Shown piece by piece: positions 19,737 through 30,152 of a stretch of DNA of 64,000 nucleotides. Every line of letters starts with the position of its first letter. Position 1 is the first letter of the stretch. The notes beneath the pieces are model-generated. The model did not search any database and was not told the origin of the DNA. It saw only the letters and a program-made list of their open reading frames with translations. Source of the stretch: Bacteroidota bacterium (GTDB taxonomy: Bacteria; Bacteroidota; Bacteroidia; 2-12-FULL-35-15); assembly GCA_947449315.1 (NCBI GenBank), contig CANFRC010000010.1, positions 67,154 to 131,153 on the forward strand. The letters run 5' to 3'. The position numbers were made by a program, and so were the translations under genes.

Positions 19737-21956
19737 ATGCAATCACAACTGGTAATTGACCTAGAAGCTGAAAAAAAAGAAATCCTTAAACGCTATCGCG
19801 GACTTCTTCATGCCTGCAAACGTACCCTTGAGAAAGGTGACAAATTACTTATCCGTAAAGCATTCGATATTGCTCTGGAAGCGCATAAAAATATGCGTAG
19901 AAAATCCGGAGAGCCCTATATCTACCACCCTATCGCCGTTGCTCTTATCTGTGCAGAAGAAATAGGATTAGGAACAACATCTGTGGTATGCGCCTTATTG
20001 CACGATGTTGTTGAAGATACCGATCTTACGTTAGATGATATTAGAGGGCTATTTGGTGATAAAGAAGCTAAGATCATAGATGGCCTTACCAAAATATCCG
20101 GAGTGTTCGATCAAGGTTCATCACTTCAAGCCGAAAATTTTAGAAAGATGCTACTTACTCTTTCGGATGATGTACGTGTCATCTTAATCAAACTTGCTGA
20201 CCGCCTGCACAACATGCGCACCTTGGATAGCATGAAGCGCGACAAACAATTAAAGATCGCTTCTGAAACACTATACTTATACGCTCCTCTTGCCCATCGC
20301 CTCGGATTAAATGCCATCAAAACCGAATTGGAAGATTTAGGATTAAAATATACTGAACCAGAATTATTCAACGATATAGAGCACCGCTTAAAAGAATCGG
20401 AACCGGAACGCAAAAAATTTATCTCTAAATTTATTGTTCCAATAAAAGAGATTCTTGAAGAACAAGGCTTGAAAGCGAAGATCATCGGCCGACCGAAATC
20501 AATCTATTCCATCTACAATAAAATTAAAAACAAAGGAGTACCATTTGAAGAAATCTATGACCTCTTTGCTATTCGAATTATCATTGATACGCCTCCAGAA
20601 AATGAAAAAACAGATAGCTGGCGTGTTTATTCAATCGTAACAGACTTTTATCACCCTAATCCTGACAGGCTTCGCGACTGGATATCAACTCCTAAAGCAA
20701 ATGGATATGAAAGTTTACATACCACTGTTATGGGTCCCGAAGGGAAATGGGTAGAAGTCCAAATTCGAACCGTAAGAATGGATGAGTTGGCTGAAAAAGG
20801 ATATGCGGCTCACTGGAAATATAAAGACAGTGCAAACGAAAGTCAATTAGATGATTGGATTCGCAAGATCCGCGAGGTACTTGAAAGTCCGGAAGAAAAT
20901 GCGATGGAGTTTCTTGATGATTTCAAATTGAATCTTTTCGCAGAAGAGATCTTTGCATTTACGCCCAAAGGTGAAATGAAAACGCTGCCAATAAATGCAA
21001 CTGCTCTGGACTTTGCTTTTGAAATCCATACAAAGGTCGGGGAAAAATGTATCGGTGCAAAAGTGAATCATAAACTTGTGCCACTGAGCTACAAGCTAAA
21101 AAGTGGTGATCAAGTAGAGGTCTTAACATCTAACAAACAAGTCCCTAAAGAAGATTGGCTCGGATATGTTGTTACCGCTCGTGCTAAATCGAAAATCAAG
21201 AATGCATTAAAAGAAGAAAGAAGAAGGATTTCTGAAGATGGACGTGAGATACTGGAAAGAAAATTCAAACATATAAAAATTGATTTTACTGTTTCCAACA
21301 TCAATGAATTGACTACCTACTTCAAATTACCAAGCAGTCAGGAGTTATTTTATCGAATAGCTGTTGGAAATATTAATATTAAACACCTGAAAGATTTTCA
21401 TCAGGAACACGGAAAAATTGTGCACAAATCCGGAAATATTAAAAAAGCGGAAACAGCTCAATCACTCGAGCAAATGGTTACTGCCGCTCGAGGAAAGTCA
21501 GATATGCTCGTGATTGGTGAGAATCTAAATAAAATAGATTATAACCTTTCTCCTTGCTGCACACCTATTCCAGGCGATGATGTCTTTGGATTTATAACCA
21601 TCCATGAAGGAATAAAAATACATCGTGTAAATTGTCCCAATGCAATTCAACTGCTTTCAAATTATGCATACAGGGTTGTAAAAGCCAAATGGACGAGTCA
21701 GGAATTGATTTCATTCCTTTCTGGTATTAAAATAACAGGTATTGACGAAGTAGGTTTGGTAAATAACATTACCAAAATCATTTCCAATGAATTAAATGTT
21801 AATATGCGATCGATTAGCTTCGATACCAACGATGGAACTTTTGAAGGAACCGTTATGGTGTTTGTTCATGACACCAACCATTTAACAGAACTTATGAAAA
21901 AACTTAAAAAAGTAAATGGTGTCCTCTCTGTTACCCGTGTCGACAATAACAATTGA
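19737..21956 (+). CDS. rel: Bifunctional (p)ppGpp synthetase/hydrolase (long RelA/SpoT homolog)
   Basis: RKSGEPYIYHP, intact LLHDVVED hydrolase motif, GRPKS, YESLHT, EVQIRT, TGS domain, CC..C zinc finger, ACT domain. Confidence 0.96.
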   Translation: MQSQLVIDLEAEKKEILKRYRGLLHACKRTLEKGDKLLIRKAFDIALEAHKNMRRKSGEPYIYHPIAVALICAEEIGLGTTSVVCALLHDVVEDTDLTLDDIRGLFGDKEAKIIDGLTKISGVFDQGSSLQAENFRKMLLTLSDDVRVILIKLADRLHNMRTLDSMKRDKQLKIASETLYLYAPLAHRLGLNAIKTELEDLGLKYTEPELFNDIEHRLKESEPERKKFISKFIVPIKEILEEQGLKAKIIGRPKSIYSIYNKIKNKGVPFEEIYDLFAIRIIIDTPPENEKTDSWRVYSIVTDFYHPNPDRLRDWISTPKANGYESLHTTVMGPEGKWVEVQIRTVRMDELAEKGYAAHWKYKDSANESQLDDWIRKIREVLESPEENAMEFLDDFKLNLFAEEIFAFTPKGEMKTLPINATALDFAFEIHTKVGEKCIGAKVNHKLVPLSYKLKSGDQVEVLTSNKQVPKEDWLGYVVTARAKSKIKNALKEERRRISEDGREILERKFKHIKIDFTVSNINELTTYFKLPSSQELFYRIAVGNINIKHLKDFHQEHGKIVHKSGNIKKAETAQSLEQMVTAARGKSDMLVIGENLNKIDYNLSPCCTPIPGDDVFGFITIHEGIKIHRVNCPNAIQLLSNYAYRVVKAKWTSQELISFLSGIKITGIDEVGLVNNITKIISNELNVNMRSISFDTNDGTFEGTVMVFVHDTNHLTELMKKLKKVNGVLSVTRVDNNN

Positions 21957-21978
21957 TTACCGAACAGAATCAACCCGT

Positions 21979-22017
21979 AAACGACTCATTAGCAACACTT
22001 TTGAGTCGTTTTTTTTT
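21979..22017 (+). terminator. Intrinsic terminator after rel
   Basis: AAACGACTCA ... TGAGTCGTTT stem followed by a T-run. Confidence 0.75.
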
Positions 22018-22080
22018 GTGAATATCTTTACTACAACGAAGCATATATTTTCGTAATTTTATATCTCAAATTTTTTAAGA

Positions 22081-22575
22081 ATGTCGGCAACTGACACCAA
22101 AGAAACAGTAAAACAAATCTTTTCTGAATACCTAGAAAATCATGGTCACAGAAAAACGCCTGAGCGTTTCACCATATTAAGTGAAATTTATTCCCATGGT
22201 GGACATTTTGATATTGAATCGTTATACATTCATATGAAAAACAAAAAGTATCGCGTTAGCCGTGCTACTTTATACAATACAATTGAACTTCTTTTAAATT
22301 GCAATCTGGTCACAAAACATCAATTTGGAAAAAATCTAGCTCAATTTGAAAAATCCTTTGAATTCAAACAACACGATCATTTGATTTGTCAGGATTGCGA
22401 AAAAGTTTTTGAGTTTTGTGATCCCAGAATTCAACAAATACAAAAAATGGCTGCCGATGTTTTACAATTCGAAATAAATAGTCATTCATTAAACTTTTAT
22501 GGGAAATGTAACAAACTAGCTAAACATGGTGTTTGTGAACACAAAAAAATAAAAGAAAAAAATAAATCAACTTAA
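22081..22575 (+). CDS. fur: Fur-family transcriptional regulator
   Basis: [28 protein letters not shown]. Confidence 0.9.
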   Translation: MSATDTKETVKQIFSEYLENHGHRKTPERFTILSEIYSHGGHFDIESLYIHMKNKKYRVSRATLYNTIELLLNCNLVTKHQFGKNLAQFEKSFEFKQHDHLICQDCEKVFEFCDPRIQQIQKMAADVLQFEINSHSLNFYGKCNKLAKHGVCEHKKIKEKNKST

Positions 22576-22741
22576 TATTTAGCGAAAATAAAAAAATAAC
22601 GCCCTTTTTATTATTACAAAATTAAATCGTGTGATTACTTTTTGTGATCACATAGAAAAAGAAGTTCAACTATAAAATAAATAAAATCTGAACTGAAAAT
22701 TGAAAAGTTCTAGTTCGAAATAATCCGTAATTCAAAATTCA

Positions 22742-24025
22742 ATGAAAGTAGATGTATTATTAGGTCTTCAATGGGGAGATGAAGGAAAAGGTAAAATTGT
22801 AGATGTGTTAACTCCAAAATATGATATTATTGGACGTTTCCAGGGGGGGCCAAATGCTGGGCACACGTTGGAATTCAATGGGATCAAACATGTATTAAGA
22901 ACGATTCCATCTGGAATTTTTCATGAAAAAGCTGTCAATATCATCGGTAATGGTGTAGTAATTGACCCTGTTGTTCTTATAGCTGAAATAGAGGCGCTAA
23001 TTAAAATGGGTGTTGATGTAAGATCAAAACTTTTGCTTTCTACTAAAGCACATTTAATATTACCAACTCATCGCTTATTAGATGCAGCCTCTGAAGCAGC
23101 CAAAGGAAAAGAAAAAATCGGATCTACATTAAAAGGTATCGGACCAACATACATGGATAAAACCGGACGCAACGGATTGCGTATTGGAGATATCAAGACT
23201 CCTAATTTTAAAGAAAAATACAACGCTCTTGTTGAAAAACACAAACAACTGTTGAATTTCCACAATTTTCAATACAACCTGGAAGAGCTAGAACCAGAAT
23301 GGTTCAAAGCAATTGAAGCATTAAAAACATTTCAGCAAATTGAAAGTGAACATTACATCAACGAAGCATTTAATGATAATAAAGCCATTTTAGCAGAAGG
23401 AGCGCAAGGTTCGTTATTGGATATTGATTTTGGTTCCTACCCATTTGTTACTTCTTCAAACACAATTTGTGCAGGCGCATGTACGGGTCTCGGAATTGCA
23501 CCCAATAGAATTGGCAAGGTATTCGGAATCTTTAAAGCTTATTGCACACGTGTAGGAAGTGGACCATTTCCAACTGAATTATTTGATGAGACTGGAGATA
23601 AAATCCGAAATAAAGGACGAGAATTTGGCTCCGTAACAGGACGCCCAAGACGAACAGGATGGCTAGATCTTCCAGCATTAAAATATGCTGTTATGATAAA
23701 TGGTGTTACTGAATTAATGATGATGAAAGCGGATATTTTGTCTGGTTTTGAAACCATTCAAGTGTGTACACATTACAATTATAAAGGGGAGAAAATTGAT
23801 TACCTTCCTTACGATTGCGCACCAGAAATGCTTTCGCCTATTTATACAAATCTAAAAGGTTGGAATCAGGATCTTACAGGCTTACACAGCCCTGAACAAA
23901 TGCCTGAAGCATTGAACGAATATATCTCCTTTATTGAACGCGAAGTGGGTGTACCAATTTCTATTGTTTCTGTTGGACCAGACCGCACACAAACATTAAT
24001 GCGCAAAAAAAAAGAGTTGGTATAA
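22742..24025 (+). CDS. purA: Adenylosuccinate synthetase
   Basis: GLQWGDEGKGK, GGPNAGHT, EGAQG, TRVGSGPFPTE, TGRPRRTGW. Confidence 0.98.
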   Translation: MKVDVLLGLQWGDEGKGKIVDVLTPKYDIIGRFQGGPNAGHTLEFNGIKHVLRTIPSGIFHEKAVNIIGNGVVIDPVVLIAEIEALIKMGVDVRSKLLLSTKAHLILPTHRLLDAASEAAKGKEKIGSTLKGIGPTYMDKTGRNGLRIGDIKTPNFKEKYNALVEKHKQLLNFHNFQYNLEELEPEWFKAIEALKTFQQIESEHYINEAFNDNKAILAEGAQGSLLDIDFGSYPFVTSSNTICAGACTGLGIAPNRIGKVFGIFKAYCTRVGSGPFPTELFDETGDKIRNKGREFGSVTGRPRRTGWLDLPALKYAVMINGVTELMMMKADILSGFETIQVCTHYNYKGEKIDYLPYDCAPEMLSPIYTNLKGWNQDLTGLHSPEQMPEALNEYISFIEREVGVPISIVSVGPDRTQTLMRKKKELV

Positions 24026-24094
24026 TAATTGCCTTTCTGCAAATCCATTGATACCTATATGATCATTTACACAGCAAATAAAAAATTGAATTCA

Positions 24095-25744
24095 ATGAAT
24101 CTGAAATCATTTTTGTTTTCTGTGTTTTGTTTTTTGTCTGTTCTTCCCTATTCACAGGCACAAACAAAAGTTGGTGGCAAAAGAATTGAGATCGTACATG
24201 CAGGAGCCTTAAAATTTGCCAATGATGTGGGAAATGGAGCGCAACGCTTAATTGGCGATGTTGAATTCAAACATGATAATGTGTTGATGTTTTGTGATAG
24301 CGCTTACTTTTACAAAGACAATTCCTTAGACGCTTTCGGACATATTCACATTCAGCAAGGTGACAGCTTAAACCTTTTTGGTGATTCATTAAAATATGAT
24401 GGAAATACAAAAAAAGCGATCATCACACATAATGTAAGTGTAATAAAAGGGGACATGCAGCTCACCACAGAGCAGCTAAATTATGATGTATCCACCAGTA
24501 TAGGATATTACATTACCCCAGCTCGTATAGTAAACAAAGATAACACGCTCACCAGTGAACAGGGATATTTCTTTGGGAAATCAAATGATCTTACTTTCAA
24601 AAAAAATGTAGTGCTTACCAATCCGCAATTTGTTATTAATTGTGATACTATGCGCTATAACACCTCTTCTAAAGTAACTTATTTCATAGGCCCTACAACA
24701 ATAAAAAGCAAAGAGAATCTTATCTATTGTGAAGATGGCTGGTATGATACCTTTAAAGATCAGTCTCGCTTCAGTAAACATTCCTACATTCTTACCAAAG
24801 AGCAGAAGATGTTTGGCGACAGTCTTTATTACGATAGAAAAAAGGGAATTGGTAGAGCGATAAGAAATGTTGAAATTATTGATACCAGTCAAAACCTCAA
24901 TATTAAAGGTGATTTCGCCAACCATTTTGAAGAAAAAGATCTATCAATTGTTACTGGGAATGCTTTGCTTACGCAAGTTTATGACAAAGACACACTTTAC
25001 CTTCACGCCGATACTTTAAAAGCAATTGGCAATAATAAATCGATCAAAAAAGATCAAAAAAATAATCTCATCATTTCAAAAGATAAAAAGACGGAACCTC
25101 TCCATAAAAAAAACATAGTTGACAATTCAAAAACTGTAAAATACGATACTACCTATCAAATTGCTAAAGAAGTGCCAGATAACAAACAACTTTTTGCTTA
25201 TCACAGAGTGAAATTTTACAAAAACGACTTGCAAGGCAAATGCGATTCACTTATTTATACCTTGGTAGATTCTACCATGAAATTATTTGGAAAACCAACA
25301 TTATGGTCAGATGAAAATCAACTTACAGCTGATAGCATACAACTAATCACTGGAAGTAAATCACTCCGATCAATAGAGTTGAAAGGATCTGCTTTTATTG
25401 TCTCTCAAGAGGACAGCGTTCATTACAACCAGATTAGAGGAAAATATATGAATGGCAATTTCAAAAGCAATAAATTATACTTAGTCAATGTGATCGGCAA
25501 TGGCCAAACGATCTATTATTTAAAAGAAAAAAAGGAAATTAAAGCGGTAAACCGAGCAGACTGCACCGACTTACATGTTTATTTAAAAGAAAATAAAATA
25601 GACCGAATCACTTTCATCACAAAACCCGATGCAACGCTGTTCCCTATTGACAAAATAGATTTGAAAGAATTGAAATTAAAAAACTTCAGCTGGAGAGCTG
25701 AAGACAAGCCTCTTTCTGCAAAAGATATTTTTATTTGGAAATAA
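24095..25744 (+). CDS. OstA/LptA-like beta-jellyroll protein (periplasmic)
   Basis: Signal peptide after the ATG at 24095; repeated GDV.F.H, CDSA, GDSL.YD and CDSL units; usual position after purA. Confidence 0.8.
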   Translation: MNLKSFLFSVFCFLSVLPYSQAQTKVGGKRIEIVHAGALKFANDVGNGAQRLIGDVEFKHDNVLMFCDSAYFYKDNSLDAFGHIHIQQGDSLNLFGDSLKYDGNTKKAIITHNVSVIKGDMQLTTEQLNYDVSTSIGYYITPARIVNKDNTLTSEQGYFFGKSNDLTFKKNVVLTNPQFVINCDTMRYNTSSKVTYFIGPTTIKSKENLIYCEDGWYDTFKDQSRFSKHSYILTKEQKMFGDSLYYDRKKGIGRAIRNVEIIDTSQNLNIKGDFANHFEEKDLSIVTGNALLTQVYDKDTLYLHADTLKAIGNNKSIKKDQKNNLIISKDKKTEPLHKKNIVDNSKTVKYDTTYQIAKEVPDNKQLFAYHRVKFYKNDLQGKCDSLIYTLVDSTMKLFGKPTLWSDENQLTADSIQLITGSKSLRSIELKGSAFIVSQEDSVHYNQIRGKYMNGNFKSNKLYLVNVIGNGQTIYYLKEKKEIKAVNRADCTDLHVYLKENKIDRITFITKPDATLFPIDKIDLKELKLKNFSWRAEDKPLSAKDIFIWK

Positions 25745-25847
25745 TTTATATTCTAACTTAAGTTATTTCATTGTGATATGAAGGGATAATGCCTCCTTAA
25801 TTTTATTGTTGCGGCTTGAGTATATTTTTAAAAAAAAACAATGTATT

Positions 25848-26324
25848 ATGAAACTACTTTTATGTTCAATTTTGTTTTTGTTAGCTCCATGCAACAATCC
25901 AAAACAAAACTCCAGTTCTAAAAAAAACAATAGTAAAGTGGTAATCATTTACCAATGCGGAGCTTGTTTTGGAAGATGTCCGGAATACATTCTCACGATC
26001 AATGGAGAGAAGAAGATGGCCACCTTTAAAGGCATTAAAAACGCCGAGAAAATAGGAACCTACACAAAAAAAATATCTGATGCTGAATTAACCGATTACG
26101 TGTCCAATTTCGAGAAAGCAAAATTCAATTCATTTGAAAATGAATACCTGGGCAACATTACAGATTTCCCAATTAAAGCTATTTCCTATACAAATAATGG
26201 AAGTACAAAATTAGTGAAGGAAAGAAGCGGAGCCCCTGAAATGCTAATCTCCTTAGAAAAGAAATTACAAGGCTATGCTGAAAATGCAGAAGGTTGGGTA
26301 AAAAGTGAAGATCAGGATCATTAG
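25848..26324 (+). CDS. Secreted or lipoprotein-like hypothetical protein (DUF6438-like)
   Basis: Signal peptide ending LLAPC; ACFGRCPEY motif; ATG at 25848 preferred. Confidence 0.6.
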   Translation: MKLLLCSILFLLAPCNNPKQNSSSKKNNSKVVIIYQCGACFGRCPEYILTINGEKKMATFKGIKNAEKIGTYTKKISDAELTDYVSNFEKAKFNSFENEYLGNITDFPIKAISYTNNGSTKLVKERSGAPEMLISLEKKLQGYAENAEGWVKSEDQDH

Positions 26325-26806
26325 GCCAATACTCTATTCTGCCAGCTTTGCTTCAATGGAACTTGCCATTGGGTATCAAATAATTTTTTAGAAGTGACCA
26401 TATTATTAAAAACAATGGTCAACTCATTCACGAGGCCTTGAGCGGCTAGTTTTTCAAATTCAGAAAGGGAACAAACATTTATCTCCTCCCCTTTTTTGTA
26501 TGCAACCTGCATACGATCAAATAGATTCAGATTAAATTTATGCTCAAGCTCCTTCACAAACTTAACCGACTTATCAATACTGCAGCCACTAGCCATTGCT
26601 TGTTGTTCATCAACAGCGATTACAATAAAACGATTGTACAAAATATCGAAACTCGCTTTTAAACTCGCACCATGCGCTGCCCAATCGGAAATAAAATGCG
26701 CCCCCTCGCTTTTAATGGCAATCACCTCGGCATCCGACAAAACGGAATTACTTTGGTAAACCCACACACGAGCATCAGGTGGCATAGTTGAAATCATATC
26801 ATTCAT
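26321..26806 (-). CDS. Conserved Bacteroidota hypothetical protein (often misannotated as an ABC transporter ATPase)
   Basis: ARVWVYQS, WAAHG and ASGCSID motifs; no Walker A motif. Confidence 0.7.
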   Translation of the reverse strand: MNDMISTMPPDARVWVYQSNSVLSDAEVIAIKSEGAHFISDWAAHGASLKASFDILYNRFIVIAVDEQQAMASGCSIDKSVKFVKELEHKFNLNLFDRMQVAYKKGEEINVCSLSEFEKLAAQGLVNELTIVFNNMVTSKKLFDTQWQVPLKQSWQNRVLA

Positions 26807-26810
26807 TGAG

Positions 26811-27602
26811 TTAAAGGTCTTTTGCCTGAGCTATTAATTCAGCTACATCTAATACTTTTACTGATTGTTCTTTATTAAAATTCTTCACGCCGTCTGTCAT
26901 CATTGTATTGCAAAAAGGACAACCAACAGCAATCACATCTGGATTTAATTCCAATGCTTCTTCCGTTCGTTCTATATTCACCTCTTTTGTTCCTTTTTCA
27001 GCTTCCTTAAACATCTGTGCACCTCCAGCTCCGCAACACAAACCATTTGCTTTACTACGCTTCATTTCTAGCAATTCAGCATCAAGGTTTACCATCACAG
27101 AACGTGGAGCTTCATATACATCATTTGCTCTGCCTAAATAACATGGATCGTGAAAAGTGATTTTTTTTCCTTTAAAGCTTCCGCCTTCAATTTTAATGCG
27201 GCCAGTATTCAAAAGTTCTTGTAATAATTGAGTATGATGAACCACTTCATAGCTTCCTCCTAAGGAAGGGTATTCATTTTTCAACGTGTTAAAGCAATGC
27301 GGACAACCCGTAACAATGCGTTTTACATCATAGCCATTCAAAACTGAAATAGTTGTCATTGCCTGCATTTGAAACAGGAATTCATTCCCAGCGCGCTTTG
27401 CAGGATCTCCGGTGCAACTCTCTTCTGTTCCTAAAACAGCAAATTTCACATTTGCATGATTTAAGATTTTTACGATAGCTTTTGTAATCTTTTTTGCACG
27501 ATCATCAAAACTTCCGGCACAACCTACCCAAAATAAAATTTCAGGTGATTCTCCTTTAGCCATATAATCGGCCATTGTTGGAACTACTAATACGTCACTC
27601 AT
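26811..27602 (-). CDS. Fe-S oxidoreductase, CCG-domain subunit (FadF C-terminal/GlpC-like)
   Basis: WVGC, ESCTGD, CPHC, HDPCYLGR, CCGAGG, CPFC. Confidence 0.9.
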   Translation of the reverse strand: MSDVLVVPTMADYMAKGESPEILFWVGCAGSFDDRAKKITKAIVKILNHANVKFAVLGTEESCTGDPAKRAGNEFLFQMQAMTTISVLNGYDVKRIVTGCPHCFNTLKNEYPSLGGSYEVVHHTQLLQELLNTGRIKIEGGSFKGKKITFHDPCYLGRANDVYEAPRSVMVNLDAELLEMKRSKANGLCCGAGGAQMFKEAEKGTKEVNIERTEEALELNPDVIAVGCPFCNTMMTDGVKNFNKEQSVKVLDVAELIAQAKDL

Positions 27603-27608
27603 TATTTA

Positions 27609-27770
27609 TTATTTTTCGAATACTTCTGTTGTAACTTCTTTTTAAACAAGATCTGTAAATCTGCATATAATGTATGGAATGAACCATGTGATTATCTATC
27701 CAATACTGCGCTGTGTGAATCTGAAAGAATTAAAAAGATTGTTCGTTCTCTTTTTTTCTATTAAATCCAT
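27609..27770 (-). pseudogene. Eroded remnant of a small HAD/LNS2-like gene
   Basis: Minus strand gives ATG (MDLIEKK), then QYWIDNHMV, then after a frameshift RFTDLV*KEVTTEVFEK*; resembles the C-terminus (HWIDNHxVxATRYxGKFTDLVxKEVTIEVF) of the gene I recall between these two Fe-S genes in other Bacteroidota. Confidence 0.65.
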
Positions 27771-27776
27771 AAGCTA

Positions 27777-29102
27777 TTATTCGTTTTTCCAATTCAATCT
27801 GTCTGCTTGAGCAAATTGCCATGGAGCTCCATTATTTTCAATATTGGTGAACATTCCATTCAATTCGGTAGGAGCAGCACTCTGTTCCATAACAACAAAT
27901 CTTCGCATGTCCATGATGATACTTAACGGATCGATGTTCACCGGACATTCCTGAACACAAGCATTACAGGATGTACATGCCCACAATTCCTCAGGTGTGA
28001 TATAATCACCTAATAAAGATTTCCCATCATCTTTAAATTGACCTTTGTTGGCATCCATATTCTTTCCTACTTCCATTAATCTATCACGGGTATCCATCAT
28101 GATTTTACGGGGAGATAATAACTTCCCTGTAATATTAGCAGGACAGGATGAGGTACATCTTCCACACTCGGTGCAAGTATAAGAATCCAATAATTGTTTC
28201 CAACTCAGATCGGTCACATCCTTTGCTCCAAAACGCAATGAAACATTTGGATCAATTGCTGGAGGAGTGAAGGAAGGGTCCATCATTGCTTTCACTTCAT
28301 TGGTTACCGATTCTAAATTTGTGAATTGACCTTTTTTATTTAGGTTTGAAAAGAAAACATTCGGGAAAGCTAATAAAATATGAAAGTGTTTGGAGTAAGG
28401 CAAATAGTTTAAGAAGCCAAACACCATCATAATATGTCCCCACCACCCTAGTCGTTCTATAATATGTAACGTATGCTCATCAAAACCACCAAATAATATT
28501 GGGCCTAAATGACTACTTATGGCCAAACCTAAAGATCCGTCACCCAAATTCTGCGCATGTGACAATCCTCTTGAATACAACACCTCATCCGCACCATTCA
28601 TCATAAAAATGAAACAGATCAATACGATCTCTGCTATTAAGATAAGATTGGCATCTAATTTCGGCCAGCCGTTCAACTCACTTTTAACCAAGCGAGGAAC
28701 TTTCAATAAATTCCTTCTCGATAAAAAAGCTACCGTACCTATGAATGCCAAAACCGATAGTATTTCTATAAAACTGACAAGGAATGTATAAAAACTACCT
28801 AACATAGGACGAAAAGCACGATGATGCGATAAAGCTCCATCATAAATGATCTCAATCAATTCGATCTGAGTAATTACAAAAGCGACATATAAAAACAGAT
28901 GCAGGATGGCAGGAATAGGCCTTTCAAACATTTTCTTTTGCCCTAAAGCAACAAGAACCATCGTCTTAAAACGCTCAGAAAATCTATCCTTTCTGTTCAT
29001 GTCTTTTCCTAACAGGATGTTTCGTCTTACTTTACGAACATTTAAAGTAAAGAGTGCCGAGCCGGCAATGAATAGAATAATAAAAACAATGCTTGAAATC
29101 AT
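27777..29102 (-). CDS. Membrane-bound Fe-S oxidoreductase subunit (FadF N-terminal-like, 2x[4Fe-4S])
   Basis: Several TM helices with His residues (YSKHFH); CTECGRCTSSCP and CTSCNACVQECP. Confidence 0.9.
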   Translation of the reverse strand: MISSIVFIILFIAGSALFTLNVRKVRRNILLGKDMNRKDRFSERFKTMVLVALGQKKMFERPIPAILHLFLYVAFVITQIELIEIIYDGALSHHRAFRPMLGSFYTFLVSFIEILSVLAFIGTVAFLSRRNLLKVPRLVKSELNGWPKLDANLILIAEIVLICFIFMMNGADEVLYSRGLSHAQNLGDGSLGLAISSHLGPILFGGFDEHTLHIIERLGWWGHIMMVFGFLNYLPYSKHFHILLAFPNVFFSNLNKKGQFTNLESVTNEVKAMMDPSFTPPAIDPNVSLRFGAKDVTDLSWKQLLDSYTCTECGRCTSSCPANITGKLLSPRKIMMDTRDRLMEVGKNMDANKGQFKDDGKSLLGDYITPEELWACTSCNACVQECPVNIDPLSIIMDMRRFVVMEQSAAPTELNGMFTNIENNGAPWQFAQADRLNWKNE

Positions 29103-29126
29103 ACAGTCTGATAATAAAATCTTAAA

Positions 29127-30104
29127 CTAATCTTTGGGTTTGTTTCTGTCTTTTCGTCCAAATACGGAAATATGAACATAACGTTCTGGATTGACTCTCA
29201 GGTCTTTAAGTAGTTTATCTAAATCTTCAGTTGACTTGTCCAGTTTTCTATATAACGAATCATTATTAACAAGCATTCCTACAGTTCCTTGACCCGAATT
29301 AATTTTTGTCATAATAGTGGATGCCTGATTTAATGCAACATTGGCATTGTTAATAGCTGCTGTTAAATTTGATTTCGCGAGTGAATCGCTGATATTAGAA
29401 AAGTTATTAATTATATTTCCGAGCTTATCACTGTTATTAGCAAGAGTGGTTGCTAAGGAATTTACTTTGGTTAAGATACTGGAGATCTTCCCCTTTTCAC
29501 TCATAACCATTGTGTCTAATCTAAATGAAGTAGTTTCCAAGGAAGTGATTGCAAGTTTTATACTTTCAAAACTTTTAGCAAGATTCTGGCGGGCACTTTC
29601 ATTGAATACTTGTTGAACTACAACCATTACCGAATCGATGGATGTAATAAGTCCTTCTGCCTTTTTTTGTAAAGGAGCTATTGTTTTGTTCACAGCAGCT
29701 TTTAGATTATCCTCCTGAGCGGAAATCAAAGTGTCGCCAGAAACAGCAAAATCAGCTCCTCTACCTAATATCAGCTGAACTGCTTTTGAACCCAATATAT
29801 CCGAACTGACAACTTTCGCAACTGAATTTTTAGGCACATTTACATCGTTATCAAGAAGAAGCGTTACGATAATATTTCCGGTAGTATCATTTGCCAATTT
29901 TATTGCACCAACCAATCCTACTTTAAACCCATTTATCATTAAGGGATTAGCTTCAACTAAACCATCAATGTCATTGTATACCGCATAAAATTTACGTTGA
30001 GAGGAGAATAGATTTTTGCCTTTCAGAAAATTGAAGCCATAAATAAAACATGCAATGGCAAGAGTTGTTACAATTCCGACTTTTACTTCTTTTCTTATTT
30101 TCAC
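29127..30104 (-). CDS. MlaD/MCE family protein
   Basis: N-terminal TM, GL....L.INGFKVG MCE motif, helical C-terminus, GQGTVGML, NPERY. Confidence 0.88.
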   Translation of the reverse strand: MKIRKEVKVGIVTTLAIACFIYGFNFLKGKNLFSSQRKFYAVYNDIDGLVEANPLMINGFKVGLVGAIKLANDTTGNIIVTLLLDNDVNVPKNSVAKVVSSDILGSKAVQLILGRGADFAVSGDTLISAQEDNLKAAVNKTIAPLQKKAEGLITSIDSVMVVVQQVFNESARQNLAKSFESIKLAITSLETTSFRLDTMVMSEKGKISSILTKVNSLATTLANNSDKLGNIINNFSNISDSLAKSNLTAAINNANVALNQASTIMTKINSGQGTVGMLVNNDSLYRKLDKSTEDLDKLLKDLRVNPERYVHISVFGRKDRNKPKD

Positions 30105-30152
30105 AATTATTCCGTTAGTACGTTTATTGACAAATTTAATGAATTATTAGAA

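Noticed and set aside
26321..26806. Annotation as an ABC transporter ATPase
   Set aside because: No Walker A/B or LSGGQ signature, and the protein is only 161 aa.
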